Shown here piece by piece: positions 59,347 to 64,000 of a stretch of 64,000 nucleotides of DNA. Under the pieces are notes generated by a model, which was given only the letters and a program-made list of their open reading frames with translations, did not search any database and was not told the origin of the DNA. Within the stretch, counting starts at the first letter, position 1. Each line of letters begins with the position of its first letter. The DNA is from Hyaloraphidium curvatum SAG 235-1. Lineage: Eukaryota > Fungi > Monoblepharomycota. The translations under genes were made by a program, and so were the position numbers. The stretch spans positions 248,001-312,000 of the forward strand of contig JAIVFI010000004.1 in assembly GCA_025558095.1 (NCBI GenBank), read 5' to 3'.

Positions 59347-59475
59347 CAGCTTGGAAGGAAGTAGGGTTGAGGCGACGACTGCTCCCTCCGTGCGGGCCGT
59401 CTTGACGGACAAAGAAGGACACGCCAGTCCTGTACAGTGCACGGTGCAAATGAATCCAGAGTTCCGCATTGTACA

Positions 59476-60369
59476 TTAATCCATTTCATCGTCATTCGAC
59501 GCGTCGACACCGTTGCCGTCCATGAAGCCAGCTTTCTCGGCGATAGCGCGCGTCGTCCGCGCCAGAGCTGTGACGACAGAGACGCGGTTGGCCCTTTCCA
59601 GACGCAAAGCTTCTTCGACCGTAGTCCGCAGTGCATCGGGATGAGCTCCGAGGGCTTCTTCGAGCACCGCATCGATCTCCCCGTGGTTTACCAACGGCGG
59701 TGTTTCGAAGCGTGGGTACCGCGGCGCAAGACGGTCATCGATCCAGGCCAATCTGTCGAGAACCCAAGCGGTCCCGCCCCGAGTGCCGTCCTGGGTCGCA
59801 TTGCCGCCTTCGTCCCAAGCGGCATCCTCCTCGATGGCTCGCTGTGCCACCCAAGCGGTGCTACGCCACGTTTCCTCCACAAACTCCTTGGCAAAGGACC
59901 GCGAAATCCTCAATGCCCCCGCCATGCACACGTCCAGGTACGATTGCGCGACTGCGGCCGCCGGATCCGGATGCAGAGGATCCGAACAGCTCACATAGAT
60001 CCAGCAAGAGGGGGCGCGGCCTTCAGACTCGAGCCACGGCGCTCCCAGGCCGGAATGGCTTTCGTGCAGTTCCAAGAGCTCCCAAGGCACCGGGGTCCGG
60101 TTGTAGCCGATCTCTCGTTTGTCCAGGAGCGCGAGCGCCGCGTCGTCCGTGAGGCCGAATGCCAGCGCCGGCATGCCGCCCGCTTCCGACGCGTCCCGGA
60201 TCGCCGTCACGACGGTCATGGTCCGGCCCCTTATCGCCCACGCGCGCCGGAAGCCGCGGACGCGTACGGCGCGCTCAGAACCCGGAACCAAAGCATCGCC
60301 AACGGTCCGACGGAGAGACTCGGGAAGGAGCAGCGAGCCAAAGCCAATCACGTAGTGGGCAACCGGCAT
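59476..60369 (-). CDS. Gamma-glutamylcyclotransferase-like (GGCT/AIG2/ChaC fold) protein
   Basis: N-terminal YVIGFGSLL, VRGFRRAW, LDKREIGY, QSYLDVC. Confidence 0.75.
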   Translation of the reverse strand: MPVAHYVIGFGSLLLPESLRRTVGDALVPGSERAVRVRGFRRAWAIRGRTMTVVTAIRDASEAGGMPALAFGLTDDAALALLDKREIGYNRTPVPWELLELHESHSGLGAPWLESEGRAPSCWIYVSCSDPLHPDPAAAVAQSYLDVCMAGALRISRSFAKEFVEETWRSTAWVAQRAIEEDAAWDEGGNATQDGTRGGTAWVLDRLAWIDDRLAPRYPRFETPPLVNHGEIDAVLEEALGAHPDALRTTVEEALRLERANRVSVVTALARTTRAIAEKAGFMDGNGVDASNDDEMD

Positions 60370-60614
60370 GTTGTCAGAAGAGCGGACCCGCAGGCCTGCC
60401 CGCGGGTACTCCGTGGGCTGCTCCGTGGACCTTCCGTGAGCACTCCGCGCGGACCGCGCGCGTGGTCAGCGGCCCTCGTACAGCGCATATCCTGCCAATT
60501 CTGGATTAACCGACGCTGCCCAGGCTCCATGCCGTGGAACAGCAATTCGAATCCTGCTTTCTAATCTGCCGAACGTCCTTGTTGCCGGGGTTTGGCCTCG
60601 CCTGGTGACCGGCC

Positions 60615-62795
60615 ATGGCGTCGCCGCCGCCTACCGCCGCGACAGGCTCGCGCCCGGAATGCGTCAAGGTGGCCGTGCGATGCAGGCCCCTTTCGGACCG
60701 CGAACCTCCTCCCGGAGATCCTCCCGTCCGCGGCGCCGTCCTGTGCGATCCGGCAGCAGCGACGGTGACGGTCTTGTCTCCGGCACCACCGAAAGCGTCT
60801 GCTTCAGGAGCCGCGGAGGCCCCCAAGCTCTTCACGTTCGACGCCGTGTTTGGGGCTGCCTCGACTCAGTCGGAGCTTTACGACTCGTGCGCCCGCAGCA
60901 TCGTGGACGGGGTGCTGGACGGATTCAACGGCACCGTCATGGCGTACGGCCAGACCGGCACCGGAAAGACATTCGCCATGGAAGGCGACCCTACCGACGA
61001 GGAGAAAAAGGGCATCGCTCCTAGGGCATTCGACCACATCTTTGCAAGGATCGCGTCCTCGCCGGCGGGATCGCGCTACCTCGTACGCGCCTCGTACCTT
61101 GAGATCTACAACGAGGACATCCGGGACCTGCTCCAGCCAAAGCAGCAGAACAAGCTCGAGATCCGCGAGGTCCGCCCGCGCGACGCCCAGCCCAAGGACG
61201 ACGCAAGGCCGGAGGTCTACGTTCGGGGCTTGACCTCCGTCGTGGTCAAGGATGCCGTCGAGATCGCAAAGCTGGCCGCGATTGGAGCAAAGAACAGGGC
61301 CGTGGCCGGAACCGCCATGAACGAGCGATCCTCGCGGTCGCACTGCATCTTCACCGTCACGGTCGAGCGCAGCGAGTCCGCCTCGGGAAGCGGGGAGCCA
61401 CAGGAATCCGCGGACCAGGTGATCCGCGTCGGAAAGCTGCACCTCGTCGATCTTGCGGGGAGCGAGCGGCAGGACAAGACCCACGCCACGGGCGACCGGT
61501 TGCGGGAGGCCAACAAGATCAACCTGAGCTTGTCCGTGCTTGGCAACGTGATCGCGGCCCTGGTAGAAGGCGGCCGTGCAGGACACGTGCCGTACCGCGA
61601 CAGCAAGCTCACGCGATTGCTCCAGGACTCGTTGGGAGGCAACTCGCGGACGCTGATGCTGGCGACCGTCGGGCCCAGTCCCATGAACCTGGAGGAGACC
61701 CTGAGCACCCTGCGGTACGCAAACCGGGCAAAGAACATTCGCAACCGTCCGCATGTGAACCAGGATCCCAAGGATGCGCTGATCCGCGAGTTCCAGGAGG
61801 AGATCCAAAGGTTGAAGATGCAGCTCGAGGCGGTCGAAAGCGGCCAGGCTCCGATCGGCGAAGATGGCGGACACGCTCACCCTGCGGCTGCGGGAGAACC
61901 CGGGGACGTCCCCGCATCCGACTTCGCCGGCCGGCAGGCCGAAATCGATGCTTCCAGGGCCGCCGTGATGCAGTCCACAACCAAGACGCAGGACGAGAAA
62001 GACGCCCTTCTGCGTGAGCTGGATGCGCGGGCCAGAGAACTGGATGCCGAAAGAGCAGAACGTGGAGCACTGGCTGAGAAGCTTCGCGATATGGAGGCGA
62101 AGCTGCTCGTCGGCGGGGTGTCCATCCTCGATCGACATCAGGAGCAGCAACAGCAGCTCGCGCGGCACACTGCGGAACTCGAGGAGCGCAAAATGAGAGA
62201 GCGGCAGATGCGCCGCGAGCTGGAAGAGAGGGCAGAGCAGACGATCCAGATCGAAGGGTCGTATGCCAGCCTCCAGGAAGAGGCGGCCGCAAAGACCAAG
62301 AAGCTAAAGCAGCTCTGGGCGGTCCTGACGAGGCAGAAGCAGGAGATCCGGAACGTGCAGGAGCTGTTTTCAAGGGAGCGCGAGGACCTGCTCGAGGTCG
62401 TGAGGAGCCTGGCACGAGAATTGAAGCTGAAGATGCTGGTCCTGGACGCATGCATGCCTGAGGAGGAGCTTTCGTTCCTGGAACAGAACGCCGTGTGGCG
62501 GGAGGACCTCGGCGTTTGGACCTTCAAAGGCATCGACCTCGGAGATCAATCGTCTTCGAAGCGAGGCTCCAGCAAGACCGCGTCCGGCTCTGGTCGGACA
62601 AACCGGCGAAACGCTTCCCCGGAATCCCAGTCGCCATCCAAAGCGGAGAAGGAAACCCCCGAACCTCCACAAGCTGAACAGCAGGATGGCGGCTACGAAA
62701 AGTTGTTTGAGAACGTGTACCTCTCGGCGGCAAAACTGACGAAGGGAGAGGCGTCATCGGCACAGAACCCACGGCAGCTCACGGCAACAGCTTGA
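60615..62795 (+). CDS. KIF3: Kinesin-2 (KIF3A/B-like) motor subunit
   Basis: YGQTGTGKT, NERSSRSH, DLAGSER, HVPYRDSKLTRLLQDSLGGN, kinesin-2 neck NQDPKDALIREFQEEIQRLK; intronless. Confidence 0.9.
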   Translation: MASPPPTAATGSRPECVKVAVRCRPLSDREPPPGDPPVRGAVLCDPAAATVTVLSPAPPKASASGAAEAPKLFTFDAVFGAASTQSELYDSCARSIVDGVLDGFNGTVMAYGQTGTGKTFAMEGDPTDEEKKGIAPRAFDHIFARIASSPAGSRYLVRASYLEIYNEDIRDLLQPKQQNKLEIREVRPRDAQPKDDARPEVYVRGLTSVVVKDAVEIAKLAAIGAKNRAVAGTAMNERSSRSHCIFTVTVERSESASGSGEPQESADQVIRVGKLHLVDLAGSERQDKTHATGDRLREANKINLSLSVLGNVIAALVEGGRAGHVPYRDSKLTRLLQDSLGGNSRTLMLATVGPSPMNLEETLSTLRYANRAKNIRNRPHVNQDPKDALIREFQEEIQRLKMQLEAVESGQAPIGEDGGHAHPAAAGEPGDVPASDFAGRQAEIDASRAAVMQSTTKTQDEKDALLRELDARARELDAERAERGALAEKLRDMEAKLLVGGVSILDRHQEQQQQLARHTAELEERKMRERQMRRELEERAEQTIQIEGSYASLQEEAAAKTKKLKQLWAVLTRQKQEIRNVQELFSREREDLLEVVRSLARELKLKMLVLDACMPEEELSFLEQNAVWREDLGVWTFKGIDLGDQSSSKRGSSKTASGSGRTNRRNASPESQSPSKAEKETPEPPQAEQQDGGYEKLFENVYLSAAKLTKGEASSAQNPRQLTATA

Positions 62796-62877
62796 TTCCA
62801 GATGTCAAGCAGATGCTTACAAAAGATGCCAAATGCCAGTTGGTCAAGATATCCGTCGATCAGAAAGCTCGGTACCG

Positions 62878-63975
62878 TCATTGTTCACCATCAGTGTCCG
62901 TGTCCTCCACGACGTCTGCGTCTCCGTCGGCGTCCTCCCCGCTTTCTTCCTCGTCTTCCTCCGAGCTCCACTCCACAGCGTCCCCGTTCACGTTGCCGTT
63001 TTCCTGTTGCTGGATCGCCACTTGCGGAATCCCTCCGCCCTGGGCACCTTGCACCCGGCCGGCCATGGCCGAAATCATCCTCGACACCTCGTCGATCGTG
63101 GTTCGCAGCTGCGGCCGGAGCCTCATCTCCTGGAGAGGCGCGTAGAAGATGGATGCGAGGGCGACGGGAAGCCTGTTCAGCGTCGTCATGGCGCCGCGGA
63201 GGCTGGACAAGTACCGGTTGTTGAACACCGGGTTGAGCGCAAAGTCGTTGCGCTCGCGGACGAAGCAGGCGACTTCTGCCTCGCCCAAGTCGCTGGGCAC
63301 GACTCGCGTGAGAATGAGTCCGACAAAGAGAACGGGGGCCTCGCTGTTTGCAATGTAGGTCGGCGAGGTCGGAGAGGGAGCGGAGCCGTTGCTTTCGGTC
63401 GGCGAAGCTGACGTCGGAGAGGGCAGGGCTTCCGAGCCTTGCGGTGTGCCCTGCGCTGAACCACTGGCGCTTTCTTCGGTCCACGCGGAGTAACCCCATC
63501 CCATGTGGTCCCCACACACGGCGCAGTAAGCCTGCCTCCATGCCGTTCCGGGAAACCAGCAGTGATCCGGCGTCGGCCGAGTCCAGTGGTCGGGCCCGCC
63601 CCGCGGCCGCTCGAACTTTATCGCCGGGGTGGGCCTGATGCGAACGACGTCGAAGCGGTGGGAAGTCGGGTTCGTCGCGCTGTAGGCCCACACGACAAGA
63701 GGCTCCAGAGTTCCGTCAGGATATCCGTGGTCCCCGCGCTCCGGGGCCGCTCCGCCCGTCTCCGACTCTTCCTCGATCACGTGGCCTTCATCGAGAGAAA
63801 AGAGGTACTGAAAGACGGCCGGCCGCCAGCACTCGATGCGTTCGAGGAGCAGGTCTTCCGGGCCGGCTATTGGAAACCTGCACGTCGAGCAGACGAGGTA
63901 GCGACGCTTGGACGAGTCTTCCGCGGCGAGCTCCGTCTCGTACGCCTGCTCGACGGCCTCCGGCTCCGGTTCCAT
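62878..63975 (-). CDS. Stand-alone cereblon-type CULT (Yippee-fold) domain protein
   Basis: CSTC..NPTSHRF..HCWFPGTAWRQAYCAVCGDHMGWGY..FVGL; no LON domain visible in the ORF. Confidence 0.8.
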   Translation of the reverse strand: MEPEPEAVEQAYETELAAEDSSKRRYLVCSTCRFPIAGPEDLLLERIECWRPAVFQYLFSLDEGHVIEEESETGGAAPERGDHGYPDGTLEPLVVWAYSATNPTSHRFDVVRIRPTPAIKFERPRGGPDHWTRPTPDHCWFPGTAWRQAYCAVCGDHMGWGYSAWTEESASGSAQGTPQGSEALPSPTSASPTESNGSAPSPTSPTYIANSEAPVLFVGLILTRVVPSDLGEAEVACFVRERNDFALNPVFNNRYLSSLRGAMTTLNRLPVALASIFYAPLQEMRLRPQLRTTIDEVSRMISAMAGRVQGAQGGGIPQVAIQQQENGNVNGDAVEWSSEEDEEESGEDADGDADVVEDTDTDGEQ

Positions 63976-64000
63976 CGCGTTCAAGGGGGCCAAGTCACGG

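Overview
Gene-dense, GC-rich eukaryotic DNA with short (mostly ~40-70 nt) spliceosomal introns. About 30 protein-coding genes sit mostly in alternating head-to-head and tail-to-tail pairs. Chitin synthase alongside kinesin-2, CEP120, Spindly, DEK and METTL3 points to an early-diverging (chytrid-grade) fungus; this is inferred and the species cannot be determined here. Most genes are housekeeping: ECD, PDK1/PKH, ACADSB, PIN4, HEM4, SNF1, NBS1, Sec14-like, APTX, RSC1/2, METTL3, SLC25A39/40, CHS and KIF3. The standout is an ~8.3 kb block (40462-48760) of immune/conflict-type genes. It contains a spliced [Cys/His repeats]-NADAR-coiled coil-TKL kinase fusion, a decayed second kinase, an intronless bacterial-style Macro-SIR2 protein with an appended Zn finger, a small orphan, a decayed aroB copy, and an N-myristoylation-motif ankyrin-FHA-caspase protein. 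Also notable are a stand-alone bacterial-type aroB, a plant-type Macro-HIT aprataxin and a stand-alone cereblon CULT domain. All calls come from motif reading and manual splicing; no database searches were run.
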